From contig CM059431.1 in assembly GCA_030390025.1 (NCBI GenBank), forward strand, positions 105,278,001 to 105,342,000: a stretch of 64,000 nt of DNA. Direction: 5' to 3'. Positions 1 through 12,368 of the stretch are shown in pieces. Position 1 is the first letter of the stretch; each line of letters begins with the position of its first letter. The stretch comes from Squalus acanthias. Taxonomy: Eukaryota. The notes beneath the pieces are model-generated. The model did no database searches, was not told where the DNA came from, and saw only the letters and a list, made by a program, of their open reading frames with translations. The position numbers and the translations under genes are program-made.

Positions 1-341
1 TAAGACCTTTAAATAGTTGTTAAGGGTCTCTATAATCCTATTTTGACAGGCCTTTGCTATTTTGCCAAATTTTGTGCATGTTGTACGACCCTCCTAAACC
101 ACGCCAGCTAATCCTGGCGGGTGGCCTCCTCACAGCTGCAGCTCTACCATTAAAACGGAGCTTTCATCAGGGAGCAGTTGCAGGTGGCAGAACTTTTGTT
201 CCACAGGTCTTTCAGCACTTTTAGCAGGCCTGCAGAAGTTGGAGGTCCTGCAGCTTCTATCTCTCAACTTTGGGTCCTCCTTGGAAAACCCTCTCCCCGC
301 TTGGACTGAGCGCTTCCCCAACGGAGGTATCTGCCAGCAGC

Positions 342-3210
342 ATGGGAACCATTTATTTCCTTTCATCATTGACCTCAGATTCGGATGAGGAGCAGCCACG
401 GCAGCAGCAGAACCAGGCAGCTCAGCAGCAACAGCAGCAGGAGCGCCAACCTCCTGCTCACCCACCTGATGCTGCACAGGGCAGAAGGCACCAGCGCATG
501 GAAGCATGTCGCCGCAGGAGATACCCCCCTCTCAGGGTTTACAGAGGATGAGCTACCTCAACATGAGTGAGCAGCAGTGCCAGAGGAGGCTGAGACTTCC
601 GCGACAGGTTATCGGAGACATCTGCACACTGCTGCACCAACATCTGGAGCCCAGAGGAGTGGGTGGATCCCCTTACCAGTGGCTGTCAAAGTCACCACCG
701 CACTCAACTTTTTTGCCTCAGGCTCCTTCCAGGGATCATCAGCAGACATCAGCGGCATCTCCCAGTCGGCCGCCCACAGTTGCATCATGTAAGGGATTTT
801 GTCGTGCTTGTATCACAGACGGTGCTGGTGCGAGGTTAGGCCTTCGTTGCCTAATACTATTGCTTGCTCTGGTCTCCGGCCAGCCTTGTTGCAATAAGCA
901 CCTGTGAGTGGTTCGACCCAGTCGCCCTTACGGTTCTAACACTGGACTTAGGTGCGAGAGCAGTAATGCAGAGAAAAACTCAAATAGACTCGGTTGAATA
1001 GTACGAAATGGAAATCTTTATTGCATAGCGTCCAAAATCATGAAGTACATGTCATAGGCGCAAATTAACGAGAGTACAAGTATACATACATTCATAAAGC
1101 TTGGTCTATGGTAATGAAGAATGCACGGCACATCGTAAAAAGGGGAACACATTATACTTTATCCTTAATAAAACCACCCTCCCCGATCAATACCTACACT
1201 ACATCTAGATTTGTAGGATCGGGAAACATGCTCACCACTCGTGATACTTCGGAGAATTTTAAAGTGAGGCACTCGGCTCGTTCGCTGCAGCGCCTGACTG
1301 TCACGTGTTTGGAGGGGTCTCTGTACCCCACTTGTTTATCTTTGCTGCTGCGACAAGCAGGCCCGACTCCCCGTTGTCATGAAGAACTCGACAGAACTCG
1401 GGCACGGTTGTAGAACTCAAAGAAAAGTCTTCCTTTACCGACACCAGTTGTCGGTAGAATTCAATGAAGAGTCTTCCTGTTGTGATGAAGAAAACGATGG
1501 ACCCAAACCGGTTCATGCAATAACCCATAGAATTCAAGAAATGAGTTCGATATTTTCGGGCGCGGTCGGGGTTTACTGACCGTGGCGGCACGTGGATTCT
1601 TCTTTTCTTGTCATTTCGTCTTGTCTTTTGGGCCTTTGGGTCCAGACACCATTTACCGACTCTCGGGATGGTGCACCCGGTCACTTGCCCTTGTCGAGGC
1701 GGCTCGTTCCGATTGAGCTCCACCCAACATTCGAAGTCGAATCAAAAGTACAGCAGTCAGCAGCGAGATAAGAGAATAAGAGACGATTCGAGCGAATAAG
1801 AGCCGAAAATCAAGAGACCGATGGTTATAGTGCTGTGTTCCCTTATCTCCCACCCAAATCTTAATGTTTTTCCTTTGTATAATATTGGCACTCAAACCTC
1901 CCAGCATGGGGCGATTCTTTCCTTAACGGGTTTCAGTAGCACCTGAAACTGGCCAACTACCCGTTAATGTTTTCCCAATTGTTGATCCAGCCAGGATTGT
2001 CTCCCTGACTGGTTTTGGGGGCCCCCGAATACTCGTTTAATCACCCGTCGATGTCTCTCTCATTGTAGAACCGTGGGGGTATTTGTGTATTGATGTGTCT
2101 GGATGGGCCTTCGATTACCCAGTACAATGAACCTTACTTGTGCATGGAAAACGATTCCAGCACTTATATCTTTTGCTATTGTCACAAATGCAAACAGGTT
2201 GCATCCTGTCTTTATCAGTGTTTATCGAGTATGATCCAGTCTTATATTGAAATGTTTATTCAAACGCCATCTTGTCTGCCCACTGTACTTCTGGAAGCTT
2301 CTGCCACGATGCGCGGTGGCCATTTTACAGGCTTCTGTGTCCTTTATATCATGACAGCATTTCGTTTAATAAAACTGATCAAATGAATCTGCTTCTCTTT
2401 CGTTATTTTGAATTGCGATAATTGCGAAACTTTACAATCATGCAGGTTACCGATGCCCTTTTCGCAAAGGCGCACAATTATATCCACTTCTCAAGGGATC
2501 AAGAAAGTATTACCACGCGTTCAGTTGGCTTTGCAAATATGGCAGGCTTGCCAATGGTGCAGGGCGTCATAGACTGCACACATGTGGCCCTTAGGGCACC
2601 CCATCACAACCCAGCTATCTTTGTCAACCGCAAGGGCTTCCACTCCCTCAACGTACAGCTGGTGTGTAACCACAAGAAGGAGATTTTGCATGTTTGCGGC
2701 AAGTTCTGTGGTAGCTCCCATGACTCATTCATCTTGCGGAACTCTAGTGTCCCTCCGCTCTTCAATCCTCCAAACCAACTTAATGGATGGCTCCTTGGTG
2801 CCAAGGGCTACCCCCTGAAGAAGTGGCTAATGACGCCGATCAGGAGGCCAGCTAACGATGCTGAGGAGCGCTATAGCGCCAGCCACATTTCGACCAGGTC
2901 CATCATCGAGCAAACCATTGGCTTGCTGAAGATGCGATTCTGATGCCTTGACAGATCAGGTGGAGCCCTGCAGTATTCAGCAGCCAGGGTCTCCAGAATA
3001 GTCGTGGTCTGCTGTGCACTGCACAACATGGCACAGCGTCATAGCTTGCAGCTTCCTGATGAGCAAGTGGCTCAGTACATAGCCTCCTCAGATGAGGAGG
3101 AGGAGGAGGAGGAGCGAGCGGCGGCGTATCGACCAGCAGCAGCGGCAGCATGCGAGCACATGGCTGCCCGTGATGCAAGGGATGCACTCATCCTGGCCAG
3201 ATTTGCATAG
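342..3210 (+). pseudogene. Harbinger DDE transposase (HARBI1-like), disrupted
   Basis: Motifs [45 protein letters not shown] (D of GDxGY replaced by A), [18 protein letters not shown]. Frameshifts near 550 and 670, stop at 2941-2943, LTR insertion 788-2436; removing the LTR and one ATCA restores ...[11 protein letters not shown]... in frame. Confidence 0.9.
788..2436 (-). mobile_element. Solo LTR (1649 bp), ERV-like family 1
   Basis: TGTAA...TTACA termini; 4-bp TSD ATCA (784-787 / 2437-2440); homologous along its length to 16697-18336 and 61254-62929; AATAAA on - at 1017-1022. Confidence 0.92.
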
Positions 3211-3456
3211 GTTGCCCATTGTGGCACATGTGCTTGGCTCCTTCTTAACACATGATAGACAATGGCCATGACTCTCTGGCCTCCTTTCACTCTGACCACC
3301 AACCTGACCACGCAAGTGTTGCAGAGCCCGCAATGTGGAGCTGCCTAAGCCGAAATAACATATGCCATCACGCCAACAGTTTGCCATCACCTAATTTTAA
3401 TACATTCACACAGGGATGGCATTTCATCAATAAACAGAAACAATCACCCAATCAGC

Positions 3457-3633
3457 ACATCTGGAGGTTATATCCCTTGCCAGCTGGATCCACACAGCCT
3501 TAGTTTCTTTGGGAGGCCTCTTCCTCCCAGATGAGGGGAAGAGCACCTCCCTGCTAGCTCTCGCCCCCTCAACCAGCATACCCAGTGCCTCATCCGAGAA
3601 TCTCAGGGAGGCCCTTGCCTTGGAGCTGGCCAT
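3457..3633 (-). pseudogene. Harbinger Myb/SANT-like (NAIF1-like) DNA-binding protein, N-terminal part only
   Basis: RFSDEALGMLVEGARASREVLFPSSGRKRPPKETKAVWIQLARDITSR; paralogous to 45570-45780; truncated by internal deletion. Confidence 0.75.
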
Positions 3634-3902
3634 TCTTCAAGGAGATAAAAGTTTGGAGGTGGTGCAGCATCGACCAAAAACCAGTGGCATGAGCCAAGGC
3701 AGCAAGCAGCCCTTAAATGAAGCTGGATAAGTGACGTCAGCAGAGGCGAGTTTCATCCCAAAAGACTAATTGGCCCAGGGGAATCCACACCTCTGAAATT
3801 AACTGGCCAATTAGGGGAAAATTGCAATTTTTTTCCACCTGACAGTGGAGGCAGGTTTGGAACCCACCCAAACCGAAACCCGCCTTCAATGGGACAATCA
3901 CC

Positions 3903-6550
3903 TGTAGAATCAATTTGTTGGAGATAAGAAATAGTAAGGGAAAGAAGGCAATGGTGGGAGTAGTCTATAGGCCCCCTAACAGTAGCTACACTATAGGACA
4001 GAGTATAAATCAAGAAATAATAGGGGCTTGTAAGAAAGGTACTGCAATAATCATGGGCGATTTTAATATTCATATAGATTGGACAAATCAAATTGGCAAA
4101 AGCAGCCTTGAGGATGAGTTCATAGAGTGTATTCGGGACAGTTTCTTGGAATAATACATTGTGGAACCAACCAGAGAACAGGCTATTTTAGGTCTGGTAA
4201 TGTGTAATGAAACAGGATTAATTAATGATCACATAGTTAAAGTACCTCTAGGGAAGAGTGATCATAACATGATAGAATTTCACATTCAGTTTGAAGGTGA
4301 GAAACTTGGGTCTGAAACTAGAGTATTAAATTTAAACAAGGCAATTACAAAGGTATGAGGACAGAGTTGGCTAAAGTTGACTGGGAAAATAGATTAGAAG
4401 GTAAGATGGTAGAAAAGCAGTGGCAGGCATTTAAAGAAATATTTCATGACTCTCAACAAAGATATATTTCAGTGAGAAAGAAAGACTCAAAAAGAAGGAT
4501 GAACCACCCATGGCTAACCAAGGAAGATAAGGATGGTATCAAATTGAAAGAAAAGGCATACAATGTTGCAAAGATTAGTGGTAGGCCAGAAGATTGGGAA
4601 AATTTTAGAAACCAGCAAAGGATGACTAAAAAAATAATAAAGAGGGAGAAAATAGCTTATGAGAGTAAACTAGTAAGAAATATAAAAACTGAGAGTAAGA
4701 GCTTCTACAAGTATATAAAAAGGAAGAGAGTAGCTTAAGTAAACGTTGGTCCCTTGGAGGACAAGACTGGGGAAATAATAATGGGAAATAAGGAAATGGC
4801 AGAGGCATTGAACAAATATTTTGTATCTGTCTTCACAGTAGAGGACACTAAAAATATCGCAGTAGTAGTAGAAAATCAAGGGGCAAAAGGGAGGGAGGAA
4901 CTTAAAACAATCACTATCACGAGAAAAAATGTGCTAGGCAAACGTATGGGTCTAAAGGCTGACAAATCCCCTGGACCTGATGGCCTGCATTCTAGGGTCT
5001 TAAAAGAAGTGGCTACAGAGATATTGGATGCATTGGTTATATTCTTCCAAAATTCCCTTGAATCTGGAAAAGTCCCAACGGATTGGAAAACCGCAAATGT
5101 AACGCCCTTATTCAAAAAAGGAGGGTGACAGAAAACAGGAAACTATAGACCAGTTAGCCTAACATCTGTCATTTGCAAAATGCTCAAATCCATTATTAAG
5201 GAAGTAGTAGCAGGGCATTCAGAAAATCATAATAAAATCAAACAGAGTCAACATGGTTTTATGAAAGGGAAATCGTGTTTGACCAATCTATTAGCGTTCT
5301 TTGAGGAGGTAACGGGCAGGGTGGATAAAGGGGAACCAGCAGATGTAGTGTATTTGGATTTCCAAAAGGCATTTGACAAGGTGCCATGTAAAAAGTTACT
5401 GCATAAGATAAGAGCTCATGGTGTTGGGGGTAATATATTAGATTGGATAGAGAATTGGCTAACTAACAGAAAACAGACAGTCGGGATAAATGGGTCATTT
5501 TCAGGATGGCAATCTGTAAGTAGTGGGGTGCCACAGGGATCAGTGCTGGGGCCTCAACTATTTTCAATCTATATTAATGACTTGGATGAAGGAAGCGAGT
5601 ATATTGTAGCCAAATTTGCAGACGATACAAAGAAAGGTGGGAAAGCACGTTGTGAGGAGTACACAAGAGTCTGTAAAGGGATATAGATAGGTTAAGTGAG
5701 TGGGCAAGAATTTGGCATATGGAGTATAATGTGGGAAAATGTGAAGTTATCCACTTTGGTATGAAGAATAGAAAATAAACATATTATTTAACTGGAGAAA
5801 GACTACAGAATGCTACGGTACAGAGGGATTTGGGTGTCCTCGTACATGAAACAAAAAAAGGTAACATGCAGGTGCAGCAAGTAATTAGAAGGCAAATGGA
5901 ATGTTGGCATTTATTTCAAGGGGGATAGAGTATAAAAGTAGTGAATTCTTGCTACAACTGTACAGGGCGCTGGTGAGACCACACCTAGAGTACTGCATAC
6001 TGTTTTGGTCCCCTTATTTAAGGAGGGATATACTTGCATTGGAGGAAGTTCAGAGAAGGTTCACTAGGTTGATTACTAGGATAGAAGGCTTGTCTTGTGA
6101 GGAAAGGTTGAGCAGGTTGGGCCTATACTCATTGGAGTTTAGAAGAATGAGAGGTGATATAATTGAAATATATAAGATTCTGAGGGGGTTGGACAGGGTA
6201 GATGCTGAGAGGATGTTTCCCCTCGTGGGGGACTCTAGAACGAGAGGGCACAGTCTCAGGATAAGGGGTCGCCCATTTAAGACAGAGATGAGGAGGAATT
6301 TCTTCTCTCAGAGGGTCATGAATCTTTGGAATTCTCTTCCCCAGAGAGATGTGGAGGTGGAGTCATTGAATATATTCAAGGCGGAGATAGACAGATTTTT
6401 GAGCAACAGGGGAGTCAAGGGTTATGGGGAGCAGGCAGGAAAGTGGAGTTGAGGCCATGATCAGATCAGCCATGATCTTATTGAATGGCGGAGCAGGCTC
6501 GAGGGGCCGAATGGCCTGCTCCTGCTCCTATTTCTTATGTTCTTATGTTC
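3903..6550 (+). mobile_element. CR1 (HER1-like) LINE: partial endonuclease + RT, decayed
   Basis: [58 protein letters not shown]; 3' tail (TTCTTATG)n. Confidence 0.95.
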
Positions 6551-6699
6551 TACCTCCAGCTCCTACGTGGAAATTTATTGCATTATTCCGTGAGCTCCCG
6601 CATCTTTCATCATCAGTAAGGTACTTTTGCTTCAAGTCAGTAATGTGATAGATGAAGTAAATTTGATGTTTAACTGCAATGGACAAGCCATTGTGATGT

Positions 6700-7227
6700 T
6701 TCACCTCCAGATTCGGCTGGCCTCTCATCCTCCACCCTCCGTCAATTTCAGTTCATGCAAAGCTCTGCTGCCCATATCCTATTCCACGCCAGCTACCACT
6801 CACCCATCACCCATGTCCTTGCTGACCTACATTAGCTCCTGGTTCCCCAATACCTCTAGTTTGAAATTCTGGTCCTGATGTTTAAATCTCTTCACAGCCT
6901 CGCCCCTCCCAATCTCTGTAACCTACTCTAACCCTACAACCTCCACCCCCAAACTCTCCAACACTCTTACTTTTGCCTCATACATCCCTCCCTCCCATTG
7001 GCGGCCGTGCCTTTAGCCATCTAGGCCCCATGCTCTGGAATTCCCTTCTGAAACCCCTCCAACCTCCCTCTCCTCCTTTATGGCCCTCCTTAAAGCTCAC
7101 CTCTATGACCAAGCTTTTGGTCACTCCTCCTAATATGCCATTCTTTGTCTCGCCTGCCCATTTTTTTGCATTACGCCTCTGTGCAGTGCCTTGGGATGAT
7201 TTCCTAAATTAAACGTGCTTGTTGTTG
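6700..7227 (+). mobile_element. L2-type LINE 3' end
   Basis: Decayed GGRAFS..P.LWNSL ORF2 C-terminus; GTTGTTGT tail; homologous to 29760-30145 and 32345-32750. Confidence 0.7.
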
Positions 7228-7269
7228 TAGACTACGATAAACACCAGGAACCACAAGCCAGGTCCAACG

Positions 7270-8685
7270 CCTGTGGCTGCAGTGTGTACCACCTAAAATA
7301 TGCTCTGCAGCAACTTGCCTAGTTTTCTTCGACAGCACCTCCCAAACCCATGAGCTGTATCACCTCGAATGAAAAGGTCCAAGTCACAAACCAACCTGAC
7401 TTGGAAATATATCGGCTGTTCCTTCACCGTTGGAATAAACAGGTCTTTTTCCGAGTGGCAGGCAGTGACTAGTGGGGTACCGCAGGGATCGGTGCTAGGA
7501 CCCCAGTTATTCACAATATATATTAATGATCTAGACGAGGGAACTAGATATAATATCTCCAAGTTTGCAGATGATACAAAGCTGGGTGGGTGTGTGTGCT
7601 GTAAGGAGGATGCAGAGAAACTCCAGTAAGATTTGGACAGGTTGGGTGATTGGGCAGATGCATGGTAGATGCAGTATAATGTGGTTAAATGCTAGGTTAT
7701 CCACTTTGGTGGCAAAAACAGGAAGACAGATTATTATCTGAATGGCAATAGATTGGGAAAAGGGGAAGTGCAACGAGACCTGGGTGTCCTTGTGCACCAG
7801 TCGCTGAAGGTAAGCATGCAGGTGCAGCAGGCGGTTAAGAAGACAAATGGTATGTTGGCCTTCGTAGCGAGAGGATTCGAGTACAGGAGCAAGGATGTCT
7901 TGCTGCAGTTGTACAGGGCCTTGGTGAGACCACACCTTGAGTATTGTGTGCAGTTTTGGTTGCCTTATCTGAGGAAGGATGTTCTTGCCATGGAGGGAGT
8001 GCAGCGAAGATTCACCAGACTGATACCTGGGATGGCAGGAATGACGTATGAAGAGAGATTGGGTCGATTGGGCTTGTATTCGCTAGAGTTTAGAAGAATG
8101 AGAGGGGATCTCATTGAAACTTATAAAATTCTAACAGGACTAGACAGACTAGATGCAGGAAGGATGTTCCCGATGGCGGGGAAGTCCAGAACCAGGGGTC
8201 ACAGTCTAAGGATAAGGGGTAAGCCATTTAGGACTGAGATGAGGAGGAATTTCTTCACCCACAGAGTGGTGAACCTGTGGAATTCTCTACCACAGAAGGC
8301 AGTTGAGGCCAATTCATAAAATATATTCAAGAAGGAGTTAGTTATATTTCTTAAGGCTAAAGGGATCAAGGGATATGGGGAGAAAGCAGGGACAGGGTAC
8401 TGAATTTGGATGATCAGCCATGTTCTCATTAAATAGCGGAACAGGCTCGAGGGGCCGAATGGCCTACTCCTGCTCCTATCTTCTATGTTTCTTTGTTTCT
8501 GTGTCGCTGGGTCAAAATCTTGGAACTCCCTCCCTAACAGCACTGTGGGAGCACCTTCACCACACAGACTGCAGCGGTTCAAGAAGGTGGCTCACCACCA
8601 CCTTTTTAATGGTAGTTAGGGATGGGCAATAAATGCTGGCCTTGCCAGCGACGCCCACATCCCATGAATGAATAAAATAAAACAT
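7270..8685 (+). mobile_element. 3' fragment of the tRNA-headed LINE family (LINE-B), split by a CR1 insertion
   Basis: Matches the 3' end of 37622-40840 on both sides (7270-7430 and ~8502-8685); tail GGGCAATAAATGCTGGCC...CACATCCCATGAATGAATAAAA. Confidence 0.8.
7432..8500 (+). mobile_element. CR1 LINE 3' fragment (RT C-terminal half)
   Basis: [48 protein letters not shown]-type tail. Confidence 0.92.
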
Positions 8686-9649
8686 GTAAGCAGTGCCAAA
8701 GGGAGGCTTCCGTATACCATTTAGAAGATTTAGAGCACTGAATTTTATAATTTTCAAAAGTGTAGCTGAACTAGCTGGTTTGTTTGATGTTGCTATCTCC
8801 ATTATATTAGTGCTGTGAACATCGAGCCTCACAGAATATCACTTTACTGAAGCTTCACAATTACGAGGTTAATTCAAATAGCAAATTAGACAAAATTTAA
8901 ACATTTCTCTATAACAAATTATTAAAAAATAACATTTAACCTACTCAAGTTTATTCCTCTGGTAGCCTTTTGGAAACAGAGATTTCCCAGGGCAATTATT
9001 ATTTTCAAGTATTTCTTGCAAAAACATTAAATGGAATTTTCACACCCTATTCAACTTGTAGACCTCCTCTCACCCAGGACTGGTAAGGTGCTGTCTCACA
9101 GAAGTGATCCACGATCATGCCTCGCAGATCACAGAGTGATTGATGATAGCACAGAGGCCTTATAATGACATTCTTTGCAAAGAAAACACATTTCATCTGT
9201 ACTGTAGAATGATGGTGATCTCCAAAGCACCTGTCAGTGCCCAGTGAACACCAGGCCGTGGAGGCAGGAATAACCTGCAGCGAGGGAGTCATTTCGTCCC
9301 AGCTAAATATAGTCGAGGAGCTTTATTTATTGCAAAGTGCAGTCGTGACTTTCACTGGTTTGCTGCTTGTGGTTTTCATTACCTTCAGAGTGAATAAACG
9401 CAATGCATCAAGTTGCAAAAGTGACAGGGAATCTTCAGAACTGTAATTTACCCTGCAAAGCCTGAAAGAGCAAAGGCCGACAAAATGAAGATTGTCAAAC
9501 TAGGTAGAATATCTAAAGATTGGAATTACAACCTTCCTGGTTCTGATCAAAACATTCCTCACTGATTAGATTGCTGACAATTTTGATTTTATAAACTAGT
9601 GTCTTAGCTTCTGTTATACTTGCTGGTCCATAAACAAGCCAGGAAGATG

Positions 9650-10015
9650 AGGCTGCAGTGTGTAACATCTACAAGATGCACTGCAGCAACTCGCCAAGGC
9701 TTCTTCGGCAGCACCTCCCAAACACGCGACCTCTTCCACCTAGAAGGACAAGGGCAGCAGGCGCACGGGAACACCAGCACCTCCAAGTTCCCCTCCAAGT
9801 CACACACCATCCTGACTTGAAAATATATCGCCGTTCTTCTTCGTCGCTGTGTCAAAATCCTGGGGCTCCCTAACAGCGCTGTGGGAGTACCGTCACCACA
9901 CGGACTGCAGCGGTTCAAGAAGGCCACCACCACCTTCTCAAGGGCAATTAGGGATGGGCAATAAATGCTGGCCTTGCCAGCGACACCCACATCCCATAAA
10001 CAAATTTTAAAAAAA
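9650..10015 (+). mobile_element. LINE-B 3' fragment
   Basis: KMHCSNSPRLLRQHLP...HHPDL..YRR homology to 37686-38204; same tail. Confidence 0.85.
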
Positions 10016-10262
10016 GATAGAGGAGTGAACTTCTGGTTGTGGATATTGAGTTGTAAAAGGATAGGGATTTAATGAAATATACATGGATTATTGCAGTTGC
10101 AACGTGCAGACATCTCATACGTTATCAGGATCTAATGCTGAGTTTGGAGCTGTATAACACCGACTGTAGTGCTGTGGGAGGGTAGGCCAGCAACTGGGAG
10201 TCTTTGGGAAAAGTTGGTGGAGTTGGGAATAGAAGGATCAGTTTTGGGAGTGGCAAACACTT

Positions 10263-10670
10263 TGGAGGGAATTTCAACTCCCAAAAACGGGCGTATTTAG
10301 CCTTCGATCTCCACCCGACTCTGGCCTCCGATCTCTTCCCCCACCCCTGAATCCAGACCCTGATCTTTCCTCTGGCCTCTGATCTCTCCCCCGCCCCGCT
10401 CTGGCCTTTCTGATCCCTCTCTCCTTCCTCTCCGCTACCCGGCTGCGGCCTGGTGCCGAAGGCCTACCCGCCCGACAGCCAGCCAGCCTCTCATTCTGGC
10501 TGGCTGCAGCCGGGAAATGGAGATTAAAAAGTAAATGCTAATCAGGTCCTGCCGTTAAATTCAGCAGGACCTGAGGGAAACCCATTCTTCCCGGTTTCCC
10601 AACCTCAAAGCAGCCCTCCCGCTCTCTCCTCGCCTCCGAGTCATTACCAGGCCCATTGAATCCAATTGTT
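10263..10670. mobile_element. Probable MITE / nonautonomous DNA transposon fragment
   Basis: GC-rich island starting GGAGGGAATTTC (resembles Harbinger-type TIRs here), with internal CTCTGGCCTC..GATCTC repeats; no partner TIR found. Confidence 0.3.
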
Positions 10671-10689
10671 CCTGATGGTATATGAGGTT

Positions 10690-10993
10690 GAGAGGGAAGA
10701 GAGAGCGACAAAGAGGGAGAACACAATAAGAGAAGGTCAACAAGGAGGATTAGACAGATGGACACAGACAAAGGAACAAAAGGTGAGGAAAAAAGGGGAA
10801 ATGGAGAAATTAAGAAAATAGCTAGAAAAATAGAAGGAAAACAAAGGGGGAAAGACAAATCCAAAGAGAAAAGGTAGAGAAAGGAGAAAGACAAATAAAA
10901 TGAGAAGAAGCAGAATTAAAAATAAAGAGCAGGGCAAAGGCAGAGAAAAGGTATATCCAGAGAAAAACAAAAAGGAAAAGAGAAGAGATGCAA
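10690..10993 (+). repeat. Purine-rich (A/G) low-complexity tract
   Basis: Strongly A/G-biased composition; source of spurious Phe/Leu/Ser ORFs on -. Confidence 0.8.
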
Positions 10994-11362
10994 AAAGAAA
11001 GACTTGCATTTCTATAGCGCCTTTCACGACCACCGGACGTCTCAAAGTGCTTTACAGCCAATGAAGTACTTTTGAAAGTGTAGTCACTGTTGTAATGTGG
11101 AAAACACGGCAGCCAAACTGCGCACAGCAAGCTCCCACAAACAGCAATGTGATAATGACCAGATAATCTGTCATTGTTATGTTGATTGAGGGATAAATTT
11201 TGGCCCAGGACACCGGAGATAACTCTCTCTGCTCTTCTTCAAAGTAGTGCCATGGGATCTTTTACGTCCAACTGAGAGAGCAGACGGAGCCTCGGTTTAA
11301 CGTCTCATCCGAAAGACGGGACCTCCGACAGTGCAGCGCTCCCTCAGTACTGCACTGGAGCG
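10994..11362 (-). mobile_element. Deu-domain SINE (SacSINE1/AmnSINE1-like), 5'-truncated
   Basis: Minus strand has CAGTACTGAGGGAG..CTGCACTGTCGGAGGT..GTCTTTCGGATGAGACGTTAAACCGAGG core and an L2-like tail GGCGCTATAGAAATGCAAGTCTTTC. Confidence 0.8.
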
Positions 11363-11399
11363 TCCCAGAAATATCGACAGAGAAGAGAAATAAACAGAA

Positions 11400-11930
11400 A
11401 TTGGCACAGCAAAGGAGCAGTTTTTAAGCAGACTTTTGAAGGTGGGACGGTAGCAAGGTGAAGGAATTGAGGGAGTAAGTTCAAGATTGATTGGGGAGGG
11501 GGTGGGCGAGATGGTAGAAGGCTCTGTAATTGATTGTAGAGCAGAGAAAGCGGGGAATGCTTAGAAGAGCTGAGGGTGTGAGCCAAGATCTAAGACTGGA
11601 GGGAGCTGGAGAAGCAGAGGGGAACAAGACCATGGAGGGAATTGAAGACGATGATGAGGATTTCAAAGTGAATGCACCGAGAGATGAAGAACCAATGGAG
11701 GGCAGCAAGGACAAGGGTGGTGGGATTTTATGTGGGATAGGAACCAGTCGAGTTCTGGATGAATTGTAATTTATGGAGGACGAAGTTTGGGAGGCCATTG
11801 AAAAAGAAATAGAGTTTGGAGACGGACAAAAAAGGACAATATTTCAGAGGTGAAGGCAGATGGATTTGATGCTGGACTTGATGCGAAGTTTGAAGCTCAA
11901 CTCAGGGTCGAGCAGGAACTCTGAGGTTAA
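11400..11930 (-). mobile_element. Old L2-type LINE fragment
   Basis: Decayed L2 ORF2 C-terminus (..HWF....HFEI.IIVFNSLHGL..) on -. Confidence 0.5.
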
Positions 11931-12368
11931 GGGAAAGATTAAGGTTAGGCTAAGGAGCATGACAAAGAAAGAAATAAAAGAGAGAGAAAGTAACTGATGG
12001 AAAATTACACCTGGAAGACACATTTCAAAGGTCCTGATGCAGCAAATAAATGGTGTGAGGTGACAGAAATTTACTCAGACTGGCAATATCACAACTTCCA
12101 CAAGAGATTTTTGCTGCTTGTTGTTTCAGGGACATTTCTGAATGCTCTCAAGTACAGTGACTTTAATCACTGTGGGGGTATCCTTAACATTGTACTATGC
12201 TCATAAAAAAGGAGAGCGAGAGAGAACGAGAAAGACAACAACAAGGATTAGGCAGCTAGAAACAGACAAAAGAAGAAAAAGATGAGAGAAATGGGAAAAT
12301 AGAGAAACACGGAAAAGATGCAGAAAACTTACCGTTCCTGTACTAGTTTTCCTGTAGAAAAACAAAAA

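Larger units (their letters stand above)
1..3902 (+). mobile_element. PIF/Harbinger DNA transposon, decayed, left end outside window; interrupted by a solo LTR
   Basis: HARBI1-like transposase on + and Myb/SANT-like ORF on - in convergent arrangement; probable right terminus ...GGGACAATCACC at ~3902 abutting CR1 endonuclease sequence. Confidence 0.85.

Noticed and set aside
1301..1723. Arg-rich minus-strand ORF in LTR U3 (also 17345-17698) as a Tas/Bel/Rev-like accessory gene
   Set aside because: Non-ATG starts, different N- and C-termini between the two copies, and the frame is closed in the third LTR (stop near 62099); similarity is explained by DNA homology.
342..3210. Domesticated HARBI1/NAIF1 host genes
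   Set aside because: Frameshifts, an in-frame stop, loss of a catalytic Asp, an LTR insertion and a transposon-like two-gene layout.
10538..11130. Hydrophobic Phe/Leu/Ser-rich membrane-protein ORFs
   Set aside because: Artefact of translating the complement of a purine-rich low-complexity tract plus a SINE.
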